The translations under genes were made by a program, and so were the position numbers. 40,908 bases of DNA from Kipferlia bialata (taxonomy: Eukaryota): positions 1 through 40,908 of the forward strand of contig BDIP01000032.1 in assembly GCA_003568945.1 (NCBI GenBank), written 5' to 3'. Below the pieces are notes generated by a model, which had not been told where the DNA came from, made no database searches, and saw nothing but the letters and a program-made list of their open reading frames with translations. Every line of letters begins with the position of its first letter. Within the stretch, counting starts at the first letter, position 1. Positions 1-14,629 of the stretch are shown here, one piece after another.

Positions 1-31
1 TATATATATAGTGATACACTCTCACCCCAAG

Positions 32-3000
32 GCTTCTTGCCTTCAATGCCACCTACGGGTGTGAGGTTGGAATCGATGTCGGCATTGAGCTCTTTGCCAT
101 GCACGGCATGAAGCCTGTCAGGTATTGTATGTATATATATATATACGTATATGCATATGAGTATGGTAGTGTATTACAGGATATATTGAGCTCTTTGCCA
201 TGCACGGCATGAAGCCGGTCAGGTATTGCTTGTATGTATGTTGCGGAATACATATGTATTATTGTTATCATGTAAGTGGATACTCACACACATAACAATG
301 TTAACATAAATAGTGATAAATCTACCTTCGTTCATTCCTGACCCCCAGGGATGCTCAGACCTCTGCCGACCTGGAGCTCGAGTGTCTGCTATGCTCATCT
401 AGGTACCAGGGTACATGTATAGTTGTATTCATTGCAGGTGTAAATGTATATGAAGATACATAGTAGCAGCTATTTGACATCTTGCTATGCTACATTGTAT
501 TTATCCCTCAGAATCACTGTGTTAATCATTATTGTTAGGGTATCTACTCTATACTAGCGGATAGCGCTCCAATCATACTATTTCAGCACATCTCTGACCC
601 CAGGGCATATGTGTTTGTCATCACTGTGAGTGACCTTGTCAGGACAGTCTATGCATGGGTCGGGAGTGAGGCCAGGTATTGCATGTTGCAATACATTACT
701 GTATTGCTTATTATATACTCTTGTCTGGCTGTTCTGCCTCCATCCTCAGTCTCTCTCTCTCTCTCTCTCTCTACACCCTTATACCAAGGGGCGAGTCTGC
801 CTGTGCTGCCTCCATCCTCAGTATCTCTCTCTCTCTCTCTCTCTCTACACCCTTATACCAAGGGGTGAGTCTGCCTGTGCTGCCTCCATCCTCAGTGTCC
901 AGACAGCGGCATGGCTCAAGGACACATACGGAGAGAAGGTATATACATTGATACACTCACACACATACATATAGTAGTGTATATATCAACTGATATATGT
1001 ATATTATACATATTAGTGTCCAGACAGCAGCATGGCTCAAGGACACATACGGGGAGAAGGTACACATGGTGTATATATACACACTGTTTACATTCCCTAG
1101 CAGGGACCATCGTCAATACATCTGTATATACCTAACCTCCCAGGTTGTGCAGCGTGTGGAGAGGGAGGGCAGTGATATACTGATACATACAATGGTATAC
1201 GAGTCTCTTCTATATATATCCGATGTCTAACCCAGGCTGCGCAGCGTGTGGAGAGGGAGGGCTGCGATATACTAATACACATCAAACACTCTAGTATGAT
1301 ATATGAGTCTATTCTATGTATATCTCTAACCCCCCCAGGTTGTGCAGCGTGTGGAGAGGGAGGGCAGTGAGAAGGACGCATTCCTCAGCCACATCGGACC
1401 CATCGTCGTCATGGAGGTGTATATAGATATATAAGGGCATAGATATATATGTGTGTGTATATATTCACATATATATATATACATATATACGATGTATATA
1501 TATACTTGTATATATATATATATATATATTAGAAGGACGCATTCCTCAGCCACATCGGACCCATCGTGGTCATGGAGGTATATATAGATATATATGGGCA
1601 TATATGTATATATGTGGGTATATATATTCGTATATATATATATATATACATATATAGGATGTATGTTTATATATATATATATATACGACTATATATGAGA
1701 AGGACGCATTCCTCAGCCACATCGGACCCATCGTTGTTATGGAGGTATATATAGTTATATTTATCCATGTGTATGTTAGTGTATACATAGTATATATATA
1801 TATATATTGCATTCCTCAGGACCCATCGTTGTTATGGAGGTGGGTGGTAGACATGCCTATATAAGTACATCTCTTGGATGTAATATTATATGTGTGCATA
1901 TATTCTAGTATTCACTGATGCTCAGGAGGACTGCCACGTGCCCTGTGACACCAATGTCCTAGTTATATACCAGATCATTCATATACGTTCATATATATAT
2001 TCCCCCCACCCCAGGAGGACTGCCACGTGCCCTGTGACACCAATGTCCTTGCCAGGGACCCCTCTAAGCCTAAGCCAAAGACCAAGACAGAGAGGAAGAA
2101 GGCACTGCAGGGTAAGTGTCCTGATAGCTCATATATTGTATGAGACTTGCCATATATCTGTATACTATTGGTTTCACTGAGATGCCTTCATTCACAAACT
2201 CAAGAAGGCCCTGCAGGGTACGTGTTATGTAGTGTTAACCATAGTATTGTATCCCAGCATATGTATACCATATGGTGTATGGTATGATGTTGTTGCATTT
2301 TCACATTTCCTGTGCTAACCCCCAGAGGAGGCCGGTGGACTTAGCCATGACGTTCTATTGTAGTATTGATTATTGTAGTATTTATTATCAATATTCCATA
2401 TTGTATACTTACACCAGAGGAGGCCGGAGGTCTGAGGCGTGTTGTATCCAACACCACCTCTGTCCAGATATACCACATATCCAAGGGGATCGATACAGAC
2501 TTCCCAACAGTGGCCAGGTACCTAGTTAGTTGTATAGACTAGAGTTTTTAGTTTCTACGTATATGATATAAGTAATATCTGCTGATATTCCTCAACCCCG
2601 AACTGCCCTCCTTCCTGGCCTCCCTACCCATATAATGTGATATATGCATATACATATATAAGGAAGATGAACTTCCCACTGTTGCTATATAGTCATATCT
2701 CATCAGACTTCATCTCATCCCCCAGACTGCCCTCCTTCCTGGCCTCCCTGCCCCCTCTGCTCATACCCACGGGGACAGACGCAGGTCGGTTATGTATATT
2801 ATATATATATATATATAAGATATATATGTATATACGGTATACACTCCTGCCCCTCTGCTCATACCCACGGGGACAGACGCAGGTACAGATATATATATAA
2901 ATATGTATATGATATATATATATGTATATATATATACGATATACATGTCTATCCCTCTGTTGATACCCACGGGGATATACGCAGGTACAGATATATGTAT

Positions 3001-6000
3001 ATATATGGTATTTATATATATATCATACGATATCCATATATATCCCTCTGTTCATACCGACGAGAACAGACGCAGGTGGATATGTATATCTGTATGCGAG
3101 TGCATATTTAGCTGTGTGTAGTGTGAGCATTTACTATTCTGCCGTTATCTCTTACCCCTAGACGATGAGCCCACCTACTCCGATGTCAACCCCGAAGACT
3201 ATGTGCTCTCTCTCTCTCCCTCTCTCTCTCTCTCTGTCTCTTCCTCTGACTCTAACCCTAGATGACGAGCCCACCTACTCCGATGTCAACCCCGAGGACT
3301 ATGTGTTCAGACTGGAGGAGGAGGATGGGGGGGAGGACGGGGCCGAGGAGGATATTGTCCAGGTATACTTCAAAGAGAACTGAATTCCATTTATACAGTT
3401 TACATATTTATGTATTTACATATTTATATTTATATATTGATGTATTTGTGTTATATATTTCTTCCCTAACCCCCCAGCGCCAGTGGAGTGGTGTGTATGT
3501 GGTGCATGTCCATATCCCATCAGTAGAAAGATACACATATATGTATATTATACCTATCCCCCCCCAGCGCCACACCCCAGCCACCCACCCACAAATGTTT
3601 ATATTTGCGTGTCTTACATCCAGCGCCAGTGGAGTGGTGTGTATGTGGTGCATGTCCACACACCTGCCACAGAGACAGAGGGGGAGAGGCACGATGTGTA
3701 TGAGTACACACCACAGGTATGGAGTGTCTGGCTCTGCATAGATGTTTTTATATATATGATATTATGTTCTTTGTATATATATGTCCCCCTCACCCCAGGT
3801 CAACCCCATTGTCCATGTCATATTCACATTCAAAGTGATACTTCATGTTTGTATGTGTTTGTGTTCCGTCTGATACTGACCCCAGGTCAACCCCCGTACC
3901 TTTACCATGTATATATATATATATATATATATATATCACCCCAGGTCAACCCCCTTGTCCACGTGGCCAGGTGGAGTGAGAGGGCAGCTGCCAGGTATGG
4001 ATGTACTCTAGTGATACATGCTTCTTTGTACTTCTTCTATGGTAAGTATGGGTAAGTATTGTAATGTCTTCTGTGTACCCCATGACGGTGTATATCCCTA
4101 ACCCCAGGGACCTGTGTGTGCAGCTCAAGGGCAAGCACAACGCAAACCACATCATGCTGGGTATGTAGTTATATACCATATTCATTGGAATCTTGATCAT
4201 TCTCACCATGGACAGTATACTTATCATAATATGTGCTGTTTCCTCCCACCCCAGACTTCGACAACCCGGGCACAGACTACACAGCCGCAACTGCAATGTG
4301 AGTGACAGTGAGTTGAGAGTATTATACTTTTTGTCACCTCCTTTTGCTCAAACCCTGTTTCTGCCCTTTTGATACCTGTTATCCAGCACTATATCTCTTC
4401 ATGTGGCTCTTATATATACTCATTCCAGGTACGATGCCATTCTGTCTGTGGATCCCTATGCCGTTGAGTACCTCTCTCTGTCTCTCTTCTGTTCTCCTTC
4501 AGTCCTCTAGGCAGACCATTCCCATGCCTGGATGCACTCAACGGAGTCTGGGAGGTACGGATAGATGTATGTATATATTAATGACATATGTATTATATAT
4601 TTCATATATACATTGTAATACTGAACGAATGTACTTACTTAATGCTAGTAAGCATTGGCTATTTTATTGCACTCAATGGAGTGTGGGAGGTATGCGATAG
4701 TTTCTATATACATATATGAAAGTATATTGGTATATATACAGAGAGATGGTACCAGTGACTAACCCCCCAGGTCATCGAGGCCAGGGAGAATATATCACTA
4801 GTAAATAATCATGACATATGACTGTGCATGTGCTCATGTATTTGTATTGACTCACCCCCCAGGTCATCGAGGCCAGGGAGAACACCGACAACATCGACAT
4901 TGCATTTGGAGCAGAGAGGTGGGAAGATAATCTTGTTATTATCATTCTTGACTTCTTCTGACTCTGTGTTGACTTCCTCTGACTCTCTAGGGGCATGATG
5001 GAGGGTGATGTCTCAGACGAAGTGTGGGTGTTCAGAGAGAAGACAGAGGCAGAGGCAGAGGGACAGGAGGAGGTATGTTATGTGTAAATTATTATAAATA
5101 AGTATATATATATATACAGAGAGAGAGAGAGAGAGAGAGAGAAGACAGAGGCAGAGGCAGAGGGACAGGAGGATGTATGGTGGATTCATATGATATATGC
5201 ACTGTTTCTTATATGTATTATATATATTCATACGTATATTGTATACTAAGTGTACTTACTCCAGCGTGGCTTTGTGGCCCCTGTGCATGCTAACAGACTG
5301 GAGGTGCCAGAGACAGAGGCAGAGGAGGGGGACGAGTACCCAGCCACAAGGTGTGTGTATATAGAGTGGGTAGTATGATTATATGTATGTATATATATAT
5401 ATGCACATGTGATATAGATGTATCAGAGGCCGAGGAGGGGGACGAGTACCCAGCTACTTGGTACACTCTCTATATGTACCATAGTGGTGATAGTTATTCT
5501 TTGTGTCATAGTATTGCAATATATATACACTGTATCCCCTCACCCCCAGGCCCATGTCCCAGTCTGACACTATTTTTTTAATATATATACACATATACTT
5601 ATGATTCTTTTATATACTTGATACATCCTAACCCCCAGACCCATGTCCCAGTCTGACCTCCACCCCGATGTCGTCACTAATATATATATATATATTTATA
5701 TGTATATATATATATATTCACTGCATTCTAACCCCAGACCCATGTCCCAGTCTGACATTATATTTTAATAAGTATTCATCCATATATACTTATAAGTCCA
5801 TGTATACTTGACATATACACTGCATCCTAACCCCCAGACCCATGTCCCAGTCCGACCTAAATGCATCTTCAAATATCAAATATAATATATATATATATAT
5901 TTATTAGTTGTATATACTTGATATGTACACTACATCCTAACCCCAGGCCCATGTCCCAGTCCGACCTCCACCCAGATATTAACACTTATTAATCCTTCTA

Positions 6001-7485
6001 TTATATATACTGTAGATGTACATATATATATACACTGCATTCTAACCCAAGGCCCATGTCCCAGTCCGACCTCCACCCCGATGTCGTGGCATTTGTACTC
6101 CACGGAGACACATGCTTTGTGTGGAGCGGAAGGTGTGTTATTTGAATATTGTGATATATGTTAATTGGATAGTGAGTTACTGGAATATAGATAGTCATTC
6201 CTCTCACCCCAGGTTCTCCCCCATGGCCCTCAGGAGTGCTGGAAAGAGACTCGCTGAGGTGGGTTGTATATAGATAATATCATTTATCATTACTATATAG
6301 CTTGGGCCACAGTTATCTCTGTTGTATGTGATATTCATCTCCCAAATGTGGTATCGTATCATGTTGTTTACCCCCGAGGCAACCTACCGTGACACGGGTT
6401 GTCCTTTCTATGTTGTATACAATCACATATGTATTTGTGTTTGCATGTATTCATATGCGTATATATATACTCTTATCCCCCAGGCCACCTACCACGACAG
6501 AGATGGCCTCGACATAGTACCATATACATATTGTTATATATATAATTGTACTTGTATTACATGTGTATCTATCTTATCCCCCAGGCCACCTACCGGGACA
6601 GGGATGGCCTGGATCTTGTCTTCACCAACCAGATGATCGAGGGAATTGAGTTTAGGTATGTATAGTCTGAATGATTTACTCAGTATTCGTATACACGAGG
6701 ATTCGTCTCTGATTCCACTCACCCCAGGTCCCTCTTCTCTGACTGGGGCTCTGGTTACGGAGCAGCTCTCGATGAGGTATGGAGATATTACAAATGGGTA
6801 TTGATAATGCATAAATGTAGTGTTTCTATTGAAACCCCCCTCACCCCCAGTACATCACCAAGAGTAGTGGAAGTGTGTATATACATGTGTAGCTTATGTC
6901 TATGTCATTAGTGTAATTATGTATTCCTATGCCTCATCCCCAGTCCATCACCCAGAGAGAGAAGTGCAAGACACACGACATCACTGAGGTATGTAGTATA
7001 TTGACAGCTGGTGTTTGCAGTGACCAGTATTATTATAAGTATCATAAGTAATATTCCTCTATCTCAGACAAATCCCCTAAGTATATCTCGTGACCCTTCC
7101 GGTATATTATTACTATACAACTTAGATATTGTATACAGTATTCTAATGCCCCGGGAGACCACCTCCACTAGTCTTCACTAGTGTGTATTCATATATATAT
7201 ATGTGTGTGTGTATGTGTGTGTGTATGTATATAGTATACACTCCTCTCATACCCCAGGAGGATGAGGATGTGACCACCATTAGCCCTGAGGGCAAGGCAG
7301 CCACACTGGCAGAGGGGGACATGACGTGGACAGGTATGTGAATGTATGGTATATATGTGTGTATATAGTATTATACTCTGCCACACTGGAAGAAGGGGAC
7401 ATGACATGGGCAGGTACGACTTGTATATGTATGATATACATCATATATATATATTCATGTTGATGTATATAAAAATATAAATACA

Positions 7486-7519
<34 letters not shown>

Positions 7520-10500
7520 CTGTAACACTGGCAGAGGGGGACATGACGTGGAACGGTACGACTACTGCATATATATGATATACAACATTTTTATATTCAT
7601 GTTGATGTATATGTATATATAAATATATGTATTCATTTTGTATATATTTATTTATGTATATATATATATGCACTCCCACACTGGCAGAGGGGGACATGAC
7701 ATGGAACGGTACGTGTAATGTGTATAGTTGTATTCATGATGACTATCTTTTGTTTGAGATACTATCTGAACAGGCGTTGTGGCATCTTGTATTCTTTATA
7801 GTTGCCACTTTCCTCTCTCATTCCAGGCGTTGACATCTCGTGGTACAGTCAGTACCCCCCTGCCATACCCTGCCCAGCACCAGCGGAGTTGGAGGTATAT
7901 ATATGTACACATAGATATTCAATGGAGATTATCACACTAGCCTCTGACAATTTGTCCACTCTCACCCCCCAGACTGACTACTTCATACCCCCATATATTG
8001 TATACAATACGTATACAACACATATGTATACTTGCCCTTGTCTAGTACATATCTACTGTCCCCCTCCCACCCCCAGACTGACTCCTTCATACCCCCAAAG
8101 GTGTTCCACGCACATGACGACCGGTACGCCAATACATATACAATAGTGGGAATTAACCTACTAGTATATTTCCACCTGTTCAGACGACATATAACATATA
8201 GACCACCCCCTCTCTCAATTATATGTATATATTTATATTATACATATATATACCGAAAGGTGTTCCACGCACATGAAGACCGGTACGGCTGCTGCATATA
8301 CATATATAGTTATGAACCTCTACCCACTGGTTCATATTCATTCAAGTATGTCTTGTACTTGGATTCCACTTACATCAGGTATGAGCTAGTACACAACCCG
8401 AGAGGACATAATGATTGTATACCCTATATGATATTCTAATTAGTGTGTACCTCACCCCAGCTATGAGCTGGTGCACACCCCCGAGGACGGGTGCTACCAC
8501 TTCTACAGCACAGACTGTGTCATGGCACTGGTCGAGGGAGGTATTCAGTGTATGATATACATACATATATATATATATATATTGTATATAGTATATAGTA
8601 TATAGTGTATATATTATTGATGTGTACCACTTCTACAGCACAGACTGTGTCATGGCACTGGTCGAGGGAGGTGAGTATTTATAGATATATATAAATATAT
8701 AGTATACCACAGTATATATTATATACTGTGGTATATGTAATAGTGTACCACTTCTACAGCACAGACTGTGTCATGGCACTGGTGGAGGGAGGTATGGTTG
8801 AGTATATACGTATAGACATACATATAGTTATATCTGATTCTCACCCCCAGACGGTGCGTACACCGTACATGCCTGTCACTGATATATATTTGTATTGTGT
8901 ATGTATACCCATATATGAATCCCCCCACCCCAAGATGGTGCCTATACTGTACATGCCTGTCGGTGATACATCTATCTATTTATATATGTATATAGTGTAT
9001 GTATACCCATATATGAATACCCCTCACCCCCAGACGGTGCCTACACCGTGCATGCCTGGACCGGTAGGCACAGCAGCCCACTGTCCAAGCTGTCATTCTA
9101 CAAGGTGAGTATACTCATTGATATATATGGATGGATACCTACATACATATTAATATAGACATATGAGTTGATGATATATAATACAAATTTTTTGTGTGTA
9201 TGTCTATTCCTCACCCCCAGGACCTCCTTCTCTGTGTTCTTTCCATGTAATGACTGTGTTTCCTAGTAATATATATATTGATATGTGTTTCTTACCACAG
9301 GACCTCCTCCCCCGCCTCAAGGCCCTGGCCACCCAGCAGGGATACCCCAATGTGGACATTGTGCACACAGAGGAGGTATAATGTATTGATTANNNNNNNN
9401 NNNNNNNNNNNNNNNNNNNNNNNNNNNNNNNNNNNNNNNNNNNNNNNNNNNNNNNNNNNNNNATGTATATGTATATACTATACTGTATTGTAAGGGATAC
9501 CCCAATGTGGACATTGTACACACAGAGGAGGTATATTATAGTAATATATAGTATGACACAGCATAATATATATATATATACTATTTGTCGTGTTAGCAGG
9601 GATACCCCAATGTGGACATTGTGCACACAGAGGAGGTATGATCAAAATCATATACATTAATCGTGAAGGTATATATGTATATATACACTATACTGCATTG
9701 TGAGGGATACCCAAATGTGGACATTGTACACACAGAGGATGTATGATCTACAGTATAATATATGCAGTATATATATGTGTGTGTGTGCGTGTGTGTGTGT
9801 GTGTGTGTTATACTACATCATTAGTATACCCCAATGTGAGGTATTTATATGCATTGATTGTATATATCATGATGACTGCATTGTCGAGGGTATCCCTGTG
9901 TGTACAGGAGGTGTTAAACAACACTATTATGCATATATATTTAGGATGAATATGTGCATTATTGTGTCTAACCCCCAGGGTGCGGAGACCCACGAGTTTG
10001 CCAGGGTGTTCAACTACAGATGCGTGTTCCACCTAGGTACGTATAGATATGTACTTACTGTTCAGTACCTATTGGTTATCTTTGACATACGCCATTCCAG
10101 AGACAAGTGTATCACATTTATGTGTATATTCTAACCCTGTCCACACATGATTTACATGTGTATCGTATGTTATTATATATTCACTAACCCTGTCAGGTGG
10201 CAAGTCCCACCGCTTCTCCTCCTTTGACTATGACTCCATCAATGGGACAGAGGACATGCCATACGAGGTGGGTATGTTGTATGGTGTATGTAGAGATATG
10301 TGAGTGTATATGAACAGCCAATGTGCTGCACTATATATATATTTATATATACTCTTGTATATATGTGTATAGATACCTGCTAACGCTCAGAACACCTCTG
10401 CCCCCTCCCTTGACACTGACATTCTCTCTCTCTCTCTCTATCTCTCTCCATCCATTGTGTGTAGCATTTTAACCTTAGAACACCTCTGCCCCCTCTCTGG

Positions 10501-11415
10501 ACACTGACATTGTCAATGAGCTGCACTCCAGCCAGGACATGATAGACGTCGTGGTGCAGAGGTATGGGTTGTATCACTTTCATGTACATTTTCTCGATAT
10601 ATATGCTTATCTGTATGATTCTTATTATGTATAAAAAATAAAAGTATTTATGTATAAATATACTTCTAACCCTTCCAGGTTTGGACTCCTCCAGTCCAGA
10701 CTGGACACTGTCTCATTCATAGTATATATACATAGTGAATATCTATGTCATGTATATATACTAATTACTAGGTTTGGTCTGCTCCAGTCCAGACTGGACA
10801 CTGTTTCATTCATAGTATATATACATAGTGTATATGTCCTGTATATATATACTAATTACTAGGTTTGGTCTGCTCCAGTCCAGACTGGACACTGTGTCTG
10901 CCCTTGTCAACAGCCATGCACAGAGCCAGTTCTTCATGGAGGGGGGAGCTAGGTATATAGTATAGTATATAATGTATGTATGTATTGACATGTATATATG
11001 TATATATATAGATTATTATATGTAAATAGTGTCTGCCCTTGTCAACAGCCACAGTTCTTCATGGAGGGAGGGGCTAGGTATCTTATATGTATACTTCATC
11101 AGTATAGTATACATTGTCATAAATGCATATTTACTGTACTCTTATACACTCTCACCCCAGACTGTACAAGGTGTGCCTCACCCCCTATGCCCCCCCTGCC
11201 TGTAGACAGATGCACCCCCCTGCATTTTGCATGCTGGACTGTAGGTTTGTATGCATTATATATACACACACACATATGTGTGTGTAGTAGTTATGGTGTT
11301 TCTCACCCTCAGGCATGTGTACCTGCTTGTCTGTGCCCACAAGGTGTACGTCTGGGCAGGAGAGCACAGCACAGTCATCGATAACGAGGTACCATACATC
11401 ATATATATAAACAAG

Positions 11416-11448
<33 letters not shown>

Positions 11449-14383
11449 GCAAAGTGTACATACCACTATTGACAACGAGGGGGGGAATGAGAATATTTCT
11501 TGTCTCTTCTGAAGTTTATATCCATGACCTATCTCTCCCTATATATATGTATATATATCAGCACTTACCTCCAGTACGCAGCACTGTATGCCTCTGAGCT
11601 GTCTGTGCATGACACTGTGCATGAGCAGTATACACACACACACATATATATATATATACATATGGATATATATATATATATACTAACATTAGTATGCCGC
11701 CCTCTATGCCTCTGAGCTCTCAGTGCATGACACTGTGCATGAGCAGCAGGGTGAGACAGACGCACAGGAGGAGAGGGAGAGGGAGATTGTACACCTCGAC
11801 GAGGGTTCAGAGGTACACAAATATACTTACTTATGTAGTAATATATGTGGATTCTTGTCTCCTATTATTAGTATAGACCCTTATCCCCAGGTCCCCCACT
11901 TTGTGGACTGCCTTGGTGGCAGGATGCCCTACAATGGGGTCCAGAGTGTGAGGATACCATCCACGGCACCCACAGCATCACTCACAGTGGCACCCACACT
12001 AGGTATATATATACTCATATATATTTGTTTGCGTGAATATATGTATGTCACATGTAAAATGTCTTTGCATAGTGACTCTATTCACTAACCCCCAGTCCAT
12101 CTCTCTCAGCGGTATCAGTATTAGCAGATATATATACATCGTGACTAACCCCTAGCCCATCTGCAGTGGCTGCACCGCACTGGGTGTCTGGAGGGACCAG
12201 TCCTGGAGGCATATGCTAGGACATGCCTGAACAGGTATATACATTGTATAGTATATATATATATATGATATAGTATAGTGTATATTGAACAGTCTGGAGG
12301 GACCTGTCCTGGAGGCATACGCTAGGACATGCCTGAACAGGTATATACATATATACATATACTGACCATACCTGACTTCTCTTGACCTCTCTTGACCACC
12401 AGGGATGACACCGATAGAGAGGACATCCTGGGCACATCTGAGCTGAGGAGGACAAGGGTGGACGAGCTGGATATGAGGTATATATGTTCTATTTGCTATA
12501 ATAATGCGAATATTTATTCTATGAGGAGTACATAGCTACATACATAGCTGGTAAATATTTGTGAATTACTATTTAGTTTCTGTACTATTCAGTGTGTGTA
12601 TTGGCCAATATTTGTAGCATCCCTCCTTGTGTTATGACCCCTCCCTCTTACCACTAGGCTTGTGTCTCTTGACAGATGTATATATATGGTGTAAGGAATA
12701 ACGAAGATCTGACTGTCAGCTGGCTTGTCTCTTTACAGATCTACATGGATTAATTACGACGATCAATATCTAACTGTCAGGCTTGTCTCTGAGACCCGTG
12801 TTCTGTCCTCTGTGGAGGATGACATCACCCTGCTCGCAATGTGAGTGATATGTATGTTATATGTATGTATATTATATATATAGCCACTGAGTATATGATA
12901 CTGATACTGATACTGATGATGGCATCACCCTACTCGCAATGTGAGTAAGAGTGACTATATATAAATGCATGTACCTTTGTATGCCCTCTCACCCCCAGGT
13001 GCCTCTCCCCCCCACCCATCACCCTACCTAGGGTATACACTGTATCTAGGGCAGGGAGGGTCACCATATGCCTGATGCCTCACCAGGTGACACATTGCAT
13101 TGTACATATCTTTAAGTATCCGATGATCTGAGTAGTGTGATGTTTCTATGACAATCACGTATGTACATTCCAAAGACACATGCATATTAACATGCTCTAA
13201 CCCCCAGGCCTCCCTTGAGTCCAGTGATGCTGCCTGTGTCGTGGTGGATGACCTGTCCATGGTGCACCTCTGGATCAGAGAGGTGTGTGCATGATAGATA
13301 TATGCATTGATAGATAGATAGATATATAGATAGGTAGATAAATATATAGATATGGTATAGTATAGTATTGGATGACCTGTCCATGGTGCACCTGTGGATT
13401 AGGGAGGTGTGTGGATGTATACTTCCGTATTCATTGACGCATGATAGAAATGGTGTATCATGTATTGTTTACTTTATATGTACTCACCCCCATGGTGTGT
13501 CCGAGTCCACTGATTATGTATCAGATATATACATATATACATATTCTATATATATTGTGTATATTCCCCCTCACCCCAGGGTGTGCCCGACTCCACTGAA
13601 TATATATATGATATATATCCTATACATATATACATTATGTGTGTCTCTCTTACCCCAGGGTGTGTCCGAGTCCACTGATTATATATATGATGTATTATAT
13701 ATACTATACAAATTATATATATATACATTCACCCCTCTCTCTTACCCCCAGGGCGTGTCCGACTCTACTGTCAGAAGGGCAAGGGCATTCATACTGGCCC
13801 TGCTCAGAAACCAGGGCCGTGTTGACCTTGTTGATGTTGTGCACAGCATGGATGAGCCCCTGTCCTACGCTGCCCTGCTGCCAGGGTATACATATACATA
13901 TACATATATATATATGTATGAATGCGTGTGTGTGTGTATTCATGTATTAGTACATATATAGTGGTGTTGTCCTATAAGTGTTCTCCTCACCCCCAGCTGG
14001 GCCAGAGTCCCACTCCTTGACGAGCCAGAGCCAGAGCACAACTCGAAGGTATAAACAACCACAAATTATCGCACTTTATGTATCTATTTCTATTGTATAG
14101 TGCCGTCAAGCCTTACATATATATATGTGTGTGTGTATCCTCTTATATAGTGTCGTTAATGTCATTCCTTACCCCCAGGCCGTCATGCTTCGGGAGGGCC
14201 TCATCCGCTATGTGGCCAAGAAGAGAATCACAGACCTCAGAAGGGCATACGACAGTGCCGAGAGCGAGGTAACATGTCGCACTACAATTCACATTATATA
14301 CTGATTTGAGTGATAATGGTATGTCCATCCAAGTCTTTCTAGGATGACATACGACACTGCGGAGAGCGAGGTAACTAATATGG

Positions 14384-14419
<36 letters not shown>

Positions 14420-14465
14420 GTACCATATATCTTGTACCAGGAGGAGGCCTCTGACCTGATGACCC

Positions 14466-14505
<40 letters not shown>

Positions 14506-14587
14506 GTATCGGTTCTCTCTCTCTCTCTCTCTCTCTCTCTATGTATCGTTTCTCACTCTTCAGGAGGAGGCCTCCGACCTGATGCTG

Positions 14588-14629
<42 letters not shown>

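Noticed and set aside
1130..1845. Dscam-style mutually exclusive exon arrays
   Set aside because: Each extra copy has only one splice site and only part of the exon, so it cannot replace the exon by standard splicing.
5520..6090. CRISPR-like regularly spaced repeats
   Set aside because: The repeats are splice acceptor plus exon start, the spacers are related AT-rich intron sequence, the context is eukaryotic and no cas genes are present.
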